Assembly: GCA_002269645.1 (NCBI GenBank)
Contig: NIVC01001558.1
Coordinates: 204,374 to 268,373, forward strand
Source: Macrostomum lignano
Lineage: Eukaryota
Length of the DNA stretch: 64,000 nucleotides
Direction: 5' to 3'
Part shown: positions 29,559-42,600 of the stretch, in pieces
Position numbering within the stretch: position 1 is the stretch's first letter
How the letters are laid out: every line of letters starts with the position of its first letter
Program-made: the position numbers and the translations under genes
Notes under the pieces: model-generated
What the model saw: only the letters and a program-made list of their open reading frames with translations
What the model was told of the DNA's origin: nothing
The model's database searches: none

Positions 29559-32500
29559 ATGGAGACAGCAGCTGCTAACTCGCCAGGCGGTCGGTTGATG
29601 CCGCCGCCTCGTAATCGCATGATTGTCATCTCCACCGCCCCCGCCTCTGGCTCTCAGTCTGTCTCACAAGCCACTGCGCCCTCCTCCGCTGGCTCAACTG
29701 GCAGCGAAGCTGTCGGCGAGGAGGACAGCGGCTCCGTGTGCAGCTGCGGCAGCGATAGGTGAGCAGTTATTAACGGACCTTATGCTATGCATAAAGTAAT
29801 AGGGGGTTGTAGCCGAGTGGTTAAGAGCGTCGGAATCACGACTTGAAGGTCGGGGTTCGATTCCCGAATCCCGATCCCACAAAAACAATTTGTGTCCTTA
29901 AGCAAGACACTTAACTCTGCATTGCTTCAGTTCACCCAGCTGTAAAATGGGCACTCAGCATTAGCTGGGGTAATTGAGGCTGTGTGTGGCGACCCCCCAG
30001 TCCTTGGACTGAACAGCCGTACGCAGCCTTCAGATACGCTGCGCAGTAGCTCCATTAGGTGTAATCAATTATTAGTATTATGAAGTAATAAAATTCTCGC
30101 GCTAATCTAATCGTGACTTTTTTGCATACTTGTGCCCTCTTTACACTGTATTTCAGCAGCTGATTGCCATAGACCAGGGGTTGGCAAACTTTTTCTACCT
30201 CAAGGGCCAGATAGACAATTCAGCTCATGTCTGCGGGAGGGTGGGATTGGAAAGGAAAGGGAATAGAAGATGAGAGATGAGAGGAGATGCGATAGATAGG
30301 ATGAGAGAGCAAATAAAAGATGAGAGAAAGAAGAGAGGGGTGAGCGGAGAGAGAGAAGAGAGAGGAGAGGGAGAGCTTTGCTATTACTATAAAAAGCGAT
30401 ATCTATGACAAGATAAATTTCCAGAAGCTGCTTTGGACCCCAGATGCCAGATTGGCACTTTATTATTATTTTTTAATCTCAATGCCATTCAGAGAGGCTC
30501 TGGGTAGAGCCGTTGGTACTCTATTTGATTGCTTTTTGTGCAGTTCCTTGTGCTTTCTAGTATTAAAGTTAAAGAAACAATTCATTCTTCAAGAAATATC
30601 CAGCTTTTAGTACATGAAAGATGATAGTTGTCACATCTAGAAATTTACCCCTCTATTATAATAAAAGTTCACACCGGCAGCAGCAGCAGCAACAGCAGAA
30701 GCCTCCACAGAAGCCATGCTGCTGCCGGACCAGAGCGCAGAAGATCCTGGAGGCCGGATACCACCAGGCCCTGCTCGGCTGCGATCAGGAGCCGCCGCAC
30801 AACTGGCAGGCCACCAAAGCCACAGTTAAAGAGCGGGTTGCCTACCTGTTTAACACGCAGTACATGTCGGATGTGACATTTCTAGTTGGCCAGGCGCCAA
30901 ATGAGAAGTCCGTGCCGGCTCATCGATTTGTGCTGTCAATCAGCAGCGCCGTGTTCGACGCCCTGTTGAACGGGCCGCTGGCCGACACTAGCGGCCAGAC
31001 CATTCGGCTGCCTGATGTGGATCCGACCGCGTTCCTGGCCCTGCTGCGCTTCATCTACTCGGACCAGGTAATATTCAAAATTATGGTACTTCCTAATGGT
31101 GAATTGAAAATACTACAGAACCACACACACGCCACACCCCACGCACACAAGCAAAACCACACACGCTCAACCACGCACACACTCAACACCCACGCACACA
31201 GACCCACTCACAAAGCACGCACACCCACACCGACGCACACACATTTGAGAACACACCCCTTGTCTTTTTTCTATACTTTCATCTAAATAATTCACTTCGT
31301 AGGATATTACTTATTCAGACAGCTACCACAGTCAGTAGGTATTGCACTTATTGTCAGCAAACGATTACGCTAAAAGCATGACAATGAGTGTCTTTCCGTC
31401 TTTTTCCGTACGTTTAGCATGTTTGTCGTTGTTCTGTTACTAAAAAGGTTATAAAAGCAATTAAGCAAGTGCTGCTGTACACCCTGTGTGAGCGTGTGCA
31501 TGAGTGTGTGTCTGCGTACAGTATTGGCGAGCTTGTATGTGCTTAGGAGCCAGCGGAATGTGCAGAATTGCTGTCAGCGCTGCTTTTGGGACGATCTCAC
31601 CGAAGGCATTGCGTCATTGAGCCCCATAATTACTATTATTAGTTAGTGCACATAAACTTGGCAATGCTATTGCAACATCTGGTACTATCGATATTTGCGT
31701 TTCCAAGTATGCAGCATATTAGTATAATTTAATCTGCATCGGTTGCAGGTGTGCCTCGACCCGGACTGCGTGATGGCCACGCTGTACGCGGCCAAGAAAT
31801 ACGCAGTGCCAGCTCTGGAGCGCGAGTGCGTTGACTACCTGAAGCGGCACCTGTCTGTTGACAATGCCTTCCTGCTGCTTGGCCAGGCCAGGATGTTTGA
31901 CGAGCCCCAGCTGGCCAGCCTGTGCCTGGAGCTCATTGACCGCAATACGGCCGAGGCTGTCCAGTCAGAAACCTTTGCCGATGTTGATGTTGAGACTCTG
32001 TGCTGCGTGCTGGAACGGGATGGCCTCGCCATCAAGGAATGCGACCTGTTTATGGCGGCTAGGTGAGTCAGAAAGCACTGTGCAGACAGTACTTATTATG
32101 CATAGGCAATTTTCTATAGGCAGCATATGTACCGGTTATGGACGAGCGTACTTGTATATTAGAGTTCAGGGGTAGTGTCTTATCGGTAAACGCGTCTGAC
32201 TGTCGCCCTACGACCTCTCGTTGGATTCCGTTCGCGGCTACATTTATAGCCGGAGGTTGGCAAGCGATTCACACACATGAGGGCCAACCCCCCCCCCAAG
32301 GGGCCACAGAGAGTGCATGCCTGACGATCAGGGCCGTTGTACACCCAATGTGAGCGTTGTGTATGAGTGCGTGCCCTGCGTGGCCTGCGTTGTAACCTAG
32401 TGGTTAGAGCGTTAGACTCACGACTGAAAGGTCGGGGGTTCGATTCTAAGCTGTAACATGGGTACCAGCATTAGCTGGGATAATTAAAGGTGTGTATGGC

Positions 32501-34563
32501 GAACCCCTCCCCCCTCCAGTCCTCCGACTGAACAGCCGTACGCAGCCTTCAGATGCGCCGCGCAATAGCTGCGGCTGAGATGTCGATTGCACATCTGCAC
32601 ATTAGGGCAGGTGCAATCAATTATTATTTATGTGCCTGTGTACAGTATTTGCACGCTTGTGTGTGCTCAGGAGTCAGTGGCTGTGGAGCGATTTCACCGG
32701 AAGCATTGCGTCAGGGTGTCCACAACCCTATTGTGATAATTATTATCATTATTACATTGTAGTTTTGATAGCGTTTCTACTTTGAACAAACTAAATCAGT
32801 TGATAAACAAAAAATCTGCTGCTCATCTCAGGCGCTGGGCAGAGAGCCACTTAGCCAAGGCGGGCGTGTCCTGTACGCCTGAAAATCTCCGACGAGAGCT
32901 CGGCCGCGCGCTGGGCCTCATTCGGTTTCCGCTGATGTCACCGGAAGAGTTCGCGCACTGCGTGGTGCAGAGCCGTGTCCTACTAGACCAAGAGGCTGTC
33001 AGTGTTTTCATGTACTATTACACCAATCCAAAGCCTTGCACGGGGTTCAATGATCAGCCCAGGTGCTCATATGCCGGCAAGGAGCACGTGATTAGCCGGT
33101 TCTGCGCTGTAGAGCAGCGCTGGGGCTACTCCGGCACCAGTGACCGAGTTCGATTCAGCGTCAACCGACGCATTCTGGTGGTCGGATTTGGCCTGTACGG
33201 CTCGATCCATGGTCCGGCCGACTATTCTGTCAAGGTGATTTGCGGCTTGGGGTTTTGTAGTAATAGCAGCTGTGCACTGATTAGCACTGTTGTGGACAGG
33301 GACTAGGGAGTAATGACCTCATTGGATGGGATGTCCTCTATGACTAGCTATAGATAGTGATAGTGATGGCCAGCCATGGACCGCAGGATCCTGGGGTGAT
33401 GGCCAGCCATGGACCGCAGGATCCTGGGGTGATAACCAGCCATGAACTGTATAAGCTTGGGCTGATGACTAGCCATGAACTGTATAAGCTTGGGCTGATG
33501 ACTAGCCATGAACTGTATAAGCTTGGGCTGATGACTAGCCATGAACTGTATAAGCTTGGGCTGATGACTAGCCATGAACTGAAGCTTGGATTGATGACTA
33601 GCCATGAACTGTATAAGCTTGGGCTGATGACTAGCCAGGAACTGAAGCTTGGATTGATGACTAGCCAGGAACTGTATAAGCTTGGGCTGATGACTAGCCA
33701 TGAACTAAAGCTTGGGCTGATGACTAGCCATGAACTGTATAAGCTTGGGCTGATGACTAGCCATGAACTGTATAAACTTGAGCTGATGACTAGCCAGGAA
33801 CTGAAGCTTGGGCTGATGACTAGCCATAAACTAAAGCTTGGGCTGATGACTAGCCAGAAACTGAAGCTTGGGCTGATGACTAGCCATGAACTGTATAAGC
33901 TTGGGCTGATGACTAGCCATGAACTGTATAAGCTTGGGCTGATGACTAGCCATGAACTGTATAAGCTTGGGCTGATGACTAGCCAGGAACTGAAGCTTGG
34001 ATTGATGACTAGCCATGAACTGTATAAGCTTGGGCTGATGACTAGCCATGAACTGTATAAGCTTGGGGTGATGACCAGCCTTGGACCGGAGGACGTTGAG
34101 GAAATATTTTAAAATATACACGTGCTTAATCGATGTTGTTTTGTAAGGCAGTTGAGTTACAATATTTCGATACGCAAGGGCGGTAGACCGAGATGACAGG
34201 CTTATCTGAATGTATAGCCGTACACAACGCCCACACACACATTAACAGGTTGAGATAATACACACGGACAGTGGCCGCCTGCTCGGCTCAAATGACACCG
34301 CTTTCCAATGCGACGGTTCCAATAGTACATTTCGCGTTTGCTTCAAAGAGCCAGTAGAGGTGCTTGAAAATGTCAACTACATGGCGTGCGCCACGCTGAA
34401 GGGGCCGGACAGTTACTACGGCACTAAGGGAGCGCGTAAGATAACTCACGACTCGCCCAGTCACGGCAAGGTGACTTTCCAGTTCTGCTACGCTGCCGGC
34501 AATAACAATGGTACATCTGTGGAGGATGGGCAAATTCCTGAGATCATTTTCTGCTTGCAGTAG
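29559..34563 (+). CDS. BTBD2: BTB/POZ-BACK-PHR protein (BTBD1/BTBD2 orthologue)
   Basis: Exons 29559-29758, 30668-31067, 31749-32062, 32832-33234 and 34249-34563 splice in frame (GT-AG). Motifs: [39 protein letters not shown], and PHR end [17 protein letters not shown]. Confidence 0.93.
29802..30080 (+). mobile_element. CORE-type tRNA-SINE family A (BTBD intron 1)
   Basis: Same head, CORE and tail as 18158-18448. Confidence 0.88.
30175..30450. mobile_element. Second copy of the hAT MITE, opposite orientation, with internal GA tract
   Basis: CAGGGGTTGGCAAACTTTTTCTACCTCAAGGGCCAGATAG is the inverse of 6692-6731. The far end is degenerate and no TSD was seen. Confidence 0.6.
31470..31625 (+). 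mobile_element. Old SINE-B-related fragment
   Basis: GCTGTACACCCTGTGTGAGCGTGTGCATGAGTG... is shared with 32330-32720, 36860-37255 and 57480-57590. Confidence 0.6.
32170..32720 (+). mobile_element. Old SINE-B copy with a nested family-A SINE (32389-32630)
   Basis: The B-type body flanks a complete-headed A copy on both sides. Confidence 0.75.
33363..34090 (+). repeat. 33/30-bp intronic minisatellite (~22 units), BTBD intron 4
   Basis: Unit GATGACTAGCCATGAACTGTATAAGCTTGGGCT plus a 3-bp-shorter variant. More divergent, GC-richer units sit at both edges. Confidence 0.97.
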
Positions 34564-35086
34564 TAGTGCGCGCAAAAAATTCTTTACTAATGTATATTAA
34601 TGTTTACTAAAATATCAGGCGATTATTTGTGATCAACACAGTATTTTCGAATTCGCCACAATATTAATTAGTTTGATTGCTTTTAATCAAAATAGTGTTT
34701 CAAAAGTAACGAAAAGTGTAGGGTAATTATATTGGAATTTTTACCCAGAAATTTTCCTGATATGGGCAGCATCCAACTTCAGTTTAAACTTTACACTATA
34801 TCTTCACGACGCAGCATTGAAGAATAACAGCAGCATTTATTTTTATTGTTCTAAATTTGATAATTGATTGATAGAAACGCAACGCAGCCTGAGATCAGCT
34901 GAGTTGGTTCAAGGGTGCAGCTTCTTCGAGTCGGGGGTTACGGTGCTGGACCAGATTCTACGTAAGACTGAATCGCTGCACGCAGTCGTCACCATCAAAG
35001 AATCCCCCATGGAAGGTATACTCTATGGGGGCGTTGCTGTGGCTCATTTGTAACATCCCATAGTTATAGTAAATACTATAACTTCA

Positions 35087-35387
35087 GGGGGTTGCAGCCT
35101 AGTGGTTATAGCGTCGGTCTCACAACTGAAAGGTCGGGGGTTCGATTACCGATCCCACTGGAACAATTTGCGTCCTTGAGCAAGACACTTAACTCTGCAT
35201 TGCTTCAGTTCACCCAGCTGTAAAATGGGTGCCAGCATTAGCTGGGGTAATTGAGGGTGTGTGTGGCGACCCCCAGTCCTTGGACTGAACAGCCGTACGC
35301 AGCCTTCAGATGCGCCGCGCAATAGCTGCGGCTGAGCTGTCGGTTGCACATCTGGCCATTAGGGCAGGTGTAATCAATTATTATTAT
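35087..35387 (+). mobile_element. CORE-type tRNA-SINE family A, full-length
   Basis: Head, TGTGTCCTTGAGCAAGACACTTAAC-type CORE segment (here TGCGTCC...) and (ATT)n tail. Confidence 0.9.
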
Positions 35388-35555
35388 AGTAAATCCAATT
35401 TGATTAAAAAGATGATTAAAAATCACACCGCTGTGTATCAGTGCTTTTTAGCAATGACGAGTTGATTTTTATTTCCTAAAACCAGTTTTAGCCACCGATT
35501 CTACGATTATATTCCTAGATTTTGTCACTTCAGCATTTGCTAATGTATTTAGCGA

Positions 35556-35669
35556 CCGCCAGCGCGAAAACCCGGGGTTTGGGCCACAGACACCAGCTGC
35601 TGCTGCTAATGCTTGAGCGCAGCAGAAGCTTCAGTCTATGGTCTGAACCCCGAGGTTTTTGCGTTGCGG
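35556..35669. mobile_element. Small MITE, copy 2
   Basis: Reverse complement of 14969-15076, with TIRs CCGCCAGCGCGAAAACCCGGGG / CCCCGAGGTTTTTGCGTTGCGG. Confidence 0.65.
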
Positions 35670-36614
35670 CCAGGCGGCTGCAGTGGCCTTCTAAGTAATA
35701 TATATAGAAGGTGGGGTTTTAGGATCTCAAACGAAACAATTTTCTAGTGGTGCCATGATTGGCTCTTATCAATTGAAGTTTCGTAAAAGTGAAGCCTAAT
35801 AAAAGCACAGATTCAATGATTCTTGACTAACAATCATGCTTCATCAAATTGGCCCCAAGACTATATGCATCACTGATATATACTAAAGCTTTGTGCTGTA
35901 CATATGAGCAGAGTTTCTGGTTAAAATTTTTAAGTGGATAAGTTTGTCAAGTCGTAAGCTAATCGTAAGAGAACGAATAGAATGCTCTTCGTCAGCTAAG
36001 GGTTGTAGATCTGCCTCTGTGTTTGTGTGTACATAAATACTTTAATTTTATGTTGCTATGCTATTCAATTAACATTGCTAGCGCTTTCTTGATTCATTCA
36101 CGTCTCTGTGAGGCTCCTTTCATTAGTACGGTACTTTTTTGTCTGTAGAAAGTTATTTGTATCAAATCCTTGCTGTGTATTGATTACTGTTGATTGCTTG
36201 AAAAAGTTGAACTTGTGAATCTCAGTTATGATCTGTTTGAATTATTTTTGCTACAATAAACTAGCTATAGTAGTTTTGTCCATTGTCCCAGCTTTTCCAA
36301 TTGAAGCTTGGCTTTAACTCTGGCTGTAACTCTTTAGTTATTGTATAGACTTATTGTGTTGTAAATATATATGAGCATTCTGCATATGATGCTGCAACTT
36401 TAGCACTTGTACTGCTGTTTGACATTTGCTTCCTTTTTGACTCAATGCAGATGTGATATAGGTTGTCTAGTGCGGGGAGTAGCTCGTGGGAACAGGTTAA
36501 TGGAGGGTGTCATCTTTATAGGGTAGTAGATTGCCTTAGGGCTGTTTATTAGTGTGCAATGCTAATTTAGCGTGAATCCCGGACATTGCAGGCTGCCGGC
36601 TGTGGCTCGCGTGC

Positions 36615-39600
36615 ATGAGGATCCAGATATTCGGCGCCAGCGCCGAGACCAGCTCGCTACTGGTTGAACCGGCTGCCCAGCTTAGCCAGCTGCTGGCACA
36701 GTTGTCAGCCACTGCTGGTGTACAGCTCAGCGACTATTTCAGGTACATCAGAGATGGTGTTTTTTGCAATGTCCAGATAGGCGCCACGACCCCAGGTTCA
36801 CAACCATGAGGACCAACCCTCCAAGGCACAGGGAACGTACATGCCTGTCGATTAGAAAGTTGGGGCCGCTGTACACCCTGTGTGAGCGTGTGTGTGAGTG
36901 CGTGCCCTCCATGGCCTAGTGGTTGTAGCGTCGGATTCACGACTTAAAGGTCTGGGGTTCGATTCCCGGTCCCACAAAAACAGTTTGTGTCGTTAAGCAA
37001 GACACTTGACTCTGCATTGCTTCAGTTCACCCAGCTGTAATTAATGGGTGCCAGCATTAGCTGGGGTAATTGAGGGTGCGTGTGGCGACCCCCCAGTCCT
37101 TGGACTGAACAGCCGTACGCAGCCTTCAGATGCGCCTCGCAATAGCTGCGGCTGAGCTGTCGGTTGCACACCTACCCATTGAGCGTGTGCATGAGTGCGT
37201 GCCTGCGTACAGTATTGGAGCGCTTTTATGTACTCAGGAGTCAGTGAAATGGGCGCTGGTTGTGGCTGATGTCGCCGGCAGCAGTCTTATTGACAAAAAT
37301 TCACATTGCTACCCGTCTAATCAAGGTGCGAAGACGAGGACGGCGATTTGGTGACTGTACGGGACGATAACGATCTTCATCAGCTGATTGAGTACAACCA
37401 GGTGGTGCGGTTCCACTGCAGCCAGCAGGGTTGCGTGTCTGTTCAACAGCAGGCGCCGCCGCAGCCAACGCAGACTCCGCTACCGGCTCCGTGGATTTCT
37501 GGGGCGCCGAGCTCCCTGTCTCCGCCAACTCCGCCGTTTTCAACGCACCTGTCTCCGATGCAGGTGCGGCTGGCTTTTTCAAGTTAAAACAAGCTGTAGG
37601 AAGCGCTGTTGGATTCTCATTTTCAAGTTAAAACAAGCTGTAGGAAGCGCTGTTAGATTCTCATTTTCAAGTTAAAACAAGCTGTAGGAAGCGCTGTTAG
37701 ATTCTCATTTTCAAGTTAAAACAAGCTGTAGGAAGCGCTGTTAGATTCTCATTTTCAAGTTAAAACAAGCTGTAGGAAGCGCTGTTAGATTCTCATTTTC
37801 AAGTTAAAACAAGCTGTAGGAAGCGCTGTTAGATTCTCATTTTCTAGTTAAAACAAGCTGTAGGAAGCGCTGTTAGATTCTCATTTTCAAGTTAAAACAA
37901 GCTGTAGGAAGCGCTGTTGGATTCTCATTTTCAAGTTAAAACAAGCTATAGGAAGCGCTGTTGGATTCTCATTTTCAAGTTAAAACAAGCTGTAGGAAGC
38001 GCTGTTAGATTCTCATTTTCAAGTTAAAACAAGCTGTAGGAAGCGCTGTTAGATTCTCATTTTCAAGTTAAAACAAGCTGTAGGAAGCGCTGTTGGATTC
38101 TCATTTTCAAATTAAAACAAGCTGTAGGAAGCGCTGTTAGATTCTCATTTTCAAGTTAAAACAAGCTGTAGGAAGCGCTGTTAGATTCTCATTTTCAAGT
38201 TAAAACAAGCTGTAGGAAGCGCTGTTAGATTCTCATTTTCAAGTTAAAACAAGCTGTAGGAAGCGCTGTTAGATTCTTATTTTCTAGTTAAAACAAGCTG
38301 TAGGAAGCGCTGTTAGATTCTCATTTTCAAGTTAAAACAAGCTGTAGGAAGCGCTGTTAGATTCTCATTTTCTAGTTAAAACAAGCTGTAGGAAGCGCTG
38401 TTAGATTCTCATTTTCAAGTTAAAACAAGCTGTAGGAAGCGCTGTTAGATTCTCATTTTCAAGTTAAAACAAGCTGTAGGAAGCGCTGTTAGATTCTCAT
38501 TTTCAAGTTAAAACAAGCTGTAGGAAGCGCTGTTAGATTCTCATTTTCTAGTTAAAACAAGCTGTAGGAAGCGCTGTTAGATTCTCATTTTCTAGTTAAA
38601 ACAAGCTGTAGGAAGCGCTGTTGGATTCTCATTTTCAAGTTAAAACAAGCTGTAGGAAGCGCTGTTGGATTCTCATTTTCTAGTTAAAACAAGCTGTAGG
38701 AAGCGCTGTTGGATTCTCATTTTCAAGTTAAAACAAGCTGTAGGAAGCGCTGTTAGATTCTCATTTTCAAGTTAAAACAAGCTGTAGGAAGCGCTGTTAG
38801 ATTCTCATTTTCAAGTTAAAACAAGCTGTAGGAAGCGCTGTTAGATTCTCATTTTCAAGTTAAAACAAGCTGTAGGAAGCGCTGTTAGATTCTCATTTTC
38901 AAGTTAAAACAAGCTGTAGGAAGCGCTGTTAGATTCTCATTTTCAAGTTAAAACAAGCTGTAGGAAGCGCTGTTAGATTCTCATTTTCAAGTTAAAACAA
39001 GCTGTAGGAAGCGCTGTTAGATTCTCATTTTCTAGTTAAAACAAGCTGTAGGAAGCGCTGTTAGATTCTCATTTTCTAGTTAAAACAAGCTGTAGGAAGC
39101 ACTCTTAGATTCTCATTTTCTAGTTAAAACAAGCTGTAGGAAGCGCTCTTAGATTCTCATTTTCTAGTTAAAACAAGCTGTAGGAAGCACTGTAAGATTC
39201 TCATATCATAGACTGCAACAACACAATGTTAATAGTGAATAAGCTAAAGTACATGATTGTTAGAGATATTGACAGGGTCACTTTGCTAAATAAGCTTCCT
39301 GTATTATCTCTGTGTATGTACACAGGTACACGATTAGCAGGTTTTATAAATGGAATCTTTGTATGATTAATGGTCAACAAATCCTGGCTTTAGCCTTCGC
39401 TCCGCACTGCCCTTTTGCCATCCCTTCAGTCCGGCAGCTGTGCAGCGGCAACTGGCGCGCCAGGCGGCAACGCGCCCCTGTCGCCCAAGCAATTCGCCTA
39501 CGGCCAGGTGATCGGGCGGGGCCAGTTCGGCATTGTCTATCGGGCGGTGCAGTTATCCAGCGGCAAGCCTGTGGCCATCAAGTGCATCGACCTTGAGATG

Positions 39601-42600
39601 GACGAGGCCTTCCACTCCAGAATCCAGATTGAGCTGGAGATTCTGGCCAACTGCTCATCGCCTTACATTATCGCCTATCTGGGCGCTTTCTTTGTGGAAA
39701 ACACCATTCACGTGTGCACAGACTGGATGGATGGCGGGTCTTTGGACAAGTACGGCCGGCTGCCGGAGCAGATTCTCGGTGAGTGTGGGTCCGCATCCCA
39801 CAACTGACAGTCCCCATTCCACAGCTGACAGTCCCCATCCCAAAACTGACAGTCCCCATCCCACAGCTGACAGTCCCCATTCCACAACTGACAGTCCCCA
39901 TTCCACAACTGAGAGTCCCCATTCCACAGCTGGCAGTCCCCATTCCACAACTGACAGTCCCCATTCCACAGCTGACAGTCCTCATCCCACAACTGAGAGT
40001 CCGCATCCCACAACTGAGAGTCCTCATCTCACAGCTGGCAGTCCCCATTCCACAACTGACAGTCCCCATCCCACAACTGAGAGTCCCCATTCCACAGCTG
40101 GCAGTCCCCATTCCACAACTGACAGTCCCCATTCCACAACTGAGAGTCCCCATCCCACAACTGACAGTCCCCATCCCACAACCGACAGTCCCCATTCCAC
40201 AACCGACAGTCCCCATTCCACAACCGACAGTCCCCATTCCACAACCGACAGTCCCCATTCCACAACTGACAGTCCCCATTCCAGAGCTGACAATCACCAT
40301 CTAAAGTCTAGATTCCGCAGCTAAACCAATACCAATTTACACAGGTTTCGTCTGTCGCTGCGTTGTTGACGGCCTTCGCTACCTGTGGGGCAAGGGCGTC
40401 ATGCACAGAGACGTGAAGACCGCCAACATCCTTGTGAATAGTGCCGGCGATGTGAAACTGTGCGACTTCGGCCTGGCAATCCAGCTGAAGAGCTCCATCG
40501 CCCTGTCCTACTGCGGCACCAGCGCCTACATGTCCCCTGAGCGCATCATGGGCATGGAGTACAGAGTCCATTCCGACGTTTGGAGTCTGGGCATCACCCT
40601 ATTTGAGCTGGCCACGGGCTCGCTGCCCTTCCCGGTTGGCCAGGGTCTGTCTGGCCCGATGCTCATTGCGCAGGCTGTAGTTGGAGGGCCGGCGCCCCGT
40701 TTATCGGCCGCGGAGTTCTCTGCTGACCTGATACAGTTTGTAGATGCCTGGTGAGCCATCCGCAGTTGGCAGCTCCGGCCTTGTGCTCCTCTGCCCCTAT
40801 GTTGGCTGTCATTCCATCTGCTCCCCAGTTGAGACTGCCATTCCCGCCTTGGTCCTCAGGAGAAGTGCCACTCCCGCCTTGGTCCTCAGGAGAAGTGCCA
40901 CTCCCGCCTTGGTCCTCAGGGAAAGTGCCATTCCCGCCTTGGTCCTCAGGGGAAGTGCCACTCCCGCCTTGGTCCTCAGGAGAAGTGCCACTCCCGCCTT
41001 GGTCCTCAGGGAAAGTGCCATTCCCGCCTTGGTCCTCAGGGAAAGTGCCACTCCCGCCTTGGTCCTCAGGAGAAGTGCCACTCCCGCCTTGGTCCTCAGG
41101 GAAAGTGCCATTCCCGCCTTGGTCCTCAGGGGAAGTGCCACTCCCGCCCTAGGTCCTCAGGTTAAAGTGCCACTCCCGCCTTGGTCCTCAGGAGAAGTGC
41201 CACTCCCGCCTTGGTCCTCAGGGAAAGTGCCACTCCCGCCTTGGTCCTCAGGAGAAGTGCCACTCCCGCCTTGGTCCTCAGGGAAAGTGCCACTCCCGCC
41301 TTGGTCCTCAGGGGAAGTGCCACTCCCGCCCTAGGGTCCTCAGGTTAAAGTGCCACTCCCGCCTTGGTCCTCAGGGAAAGTGCCACTCCCGCCTTGGTCC
41401 TCAGGGGAAGTGCCACTCCCGCCCTAGGGTCCTCAGGTTAAAGTGCCACTCCCGCCTTGGTCCTCAGGTTAAAGTGCCACTCCCGCCTTGGTCCTCAGGG
41501 AAAGTGCCACTCCCGCCTTGGTCCTCAGGGGAAGTGCCATTCCCGCCTTGGTCCTCAGGGGAAGTGCCATTCCCGCCTTGGTCCTCAGGAGAAGTGCCAC
41601 TCCCGCCTTGGTCCTCAGGAGAAGTGCCACTCCCGCCTTGGTCCTCAGGAGAAGTGCCATTCCCGCCTTGGTCCTCAGGGAAAGTGCCACTCCCGCCTTG
41701 GTCCTCAGGGGAAGTGCCATTCCCGCCTTGGTCCTCAGGGAAAGTGCCACTCCCGCCTTGGTCCTCAGGAGAAGTGCCACTCCCGCCTTGGTCCTCAGGA
41801 GAAGTGCCACTCCCGCCTTGGTCCTCAGGAGAAGTGCCTTTCCCGCCTCGGTCCTCAGGTGAAACTGCCATTCCCATCTGATCCGCAGGTAAAACTGCCA
41901 TTCCCATCTGATCCTGAGGTGAAACTGGCGATTCCCATCTGGTCCTGAGGTGAAACTGGCCATTCCCATCTGGTCCTGAGGTGAAACTGGCCATTCCCAT
42001 CTGGTCCTTAGGTGAAACTGACCATTCCCATCTGGTCCTGAGGTGAAACTGGCCATTCCCATCTGGTCCTGAGGTGAAACTGGCCATTCCCATCTGGTCC
42101 TTAGGTGAAACTGACCATTCCCATCTGGTCCTGAGGTGAAACTGGCCATTCCCATCTGGTCCTGAGGTGAAACTGGCCATTCCCATCTGGTCCTGAGGTG
42201 AAACTGACCATTCCCATCTGGTCCTGAGGTGAAACTGGCCATTCCCATCTGGTCCTGAGGTGAAACTGGCCATTCCCATCTGGTCCTGAGGTGAAACTGA
42301 CCATTCCCATCTGGTCCTGAGGTGAAACTGGCCATTCCCATCTGGTCCTTAGGTGAAACTGACCATTCCCATCTGGTCCTTAGGTGAAACTGACCATTCC
42401 CATCTGGTCCTGAGGTGAAACTGGCCATTCCCATCTGGTCCTGAGGTGAAACTGGCCATTCCCATCTGGTCCTGAGGTGAAACTGGCCATTCCCATCTGG
42501 TCCTTAGGTGAAACTGACCATTCCCATCTGGTCCTGAGGTGAAACTGGCCATTCCCATCTGGTCCTGAGGTGAAACTGACCATTCCCATCTGGTCCTGAG

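Noticed and set aside
31120-31260. Extension of BTBD exon 2 (HTHATPHAH...)
   Set aside because: It is CA-rich intronic low-complexity sequence downstream of the donor at 31068.
33348-34238. Repetitive ORFs ([11 protein letters not shown])n and their antisense
   Set aside because: They lie within BTBD intron 4. The unit length is a multiple of 3, so open frames are expected.
37572-39205. CRISPR-like appearance of regular repeats
   Set aside because: The units are head-to-tail with no unique spacers, there are no cas genes, and the context is a eukaryotic intron.
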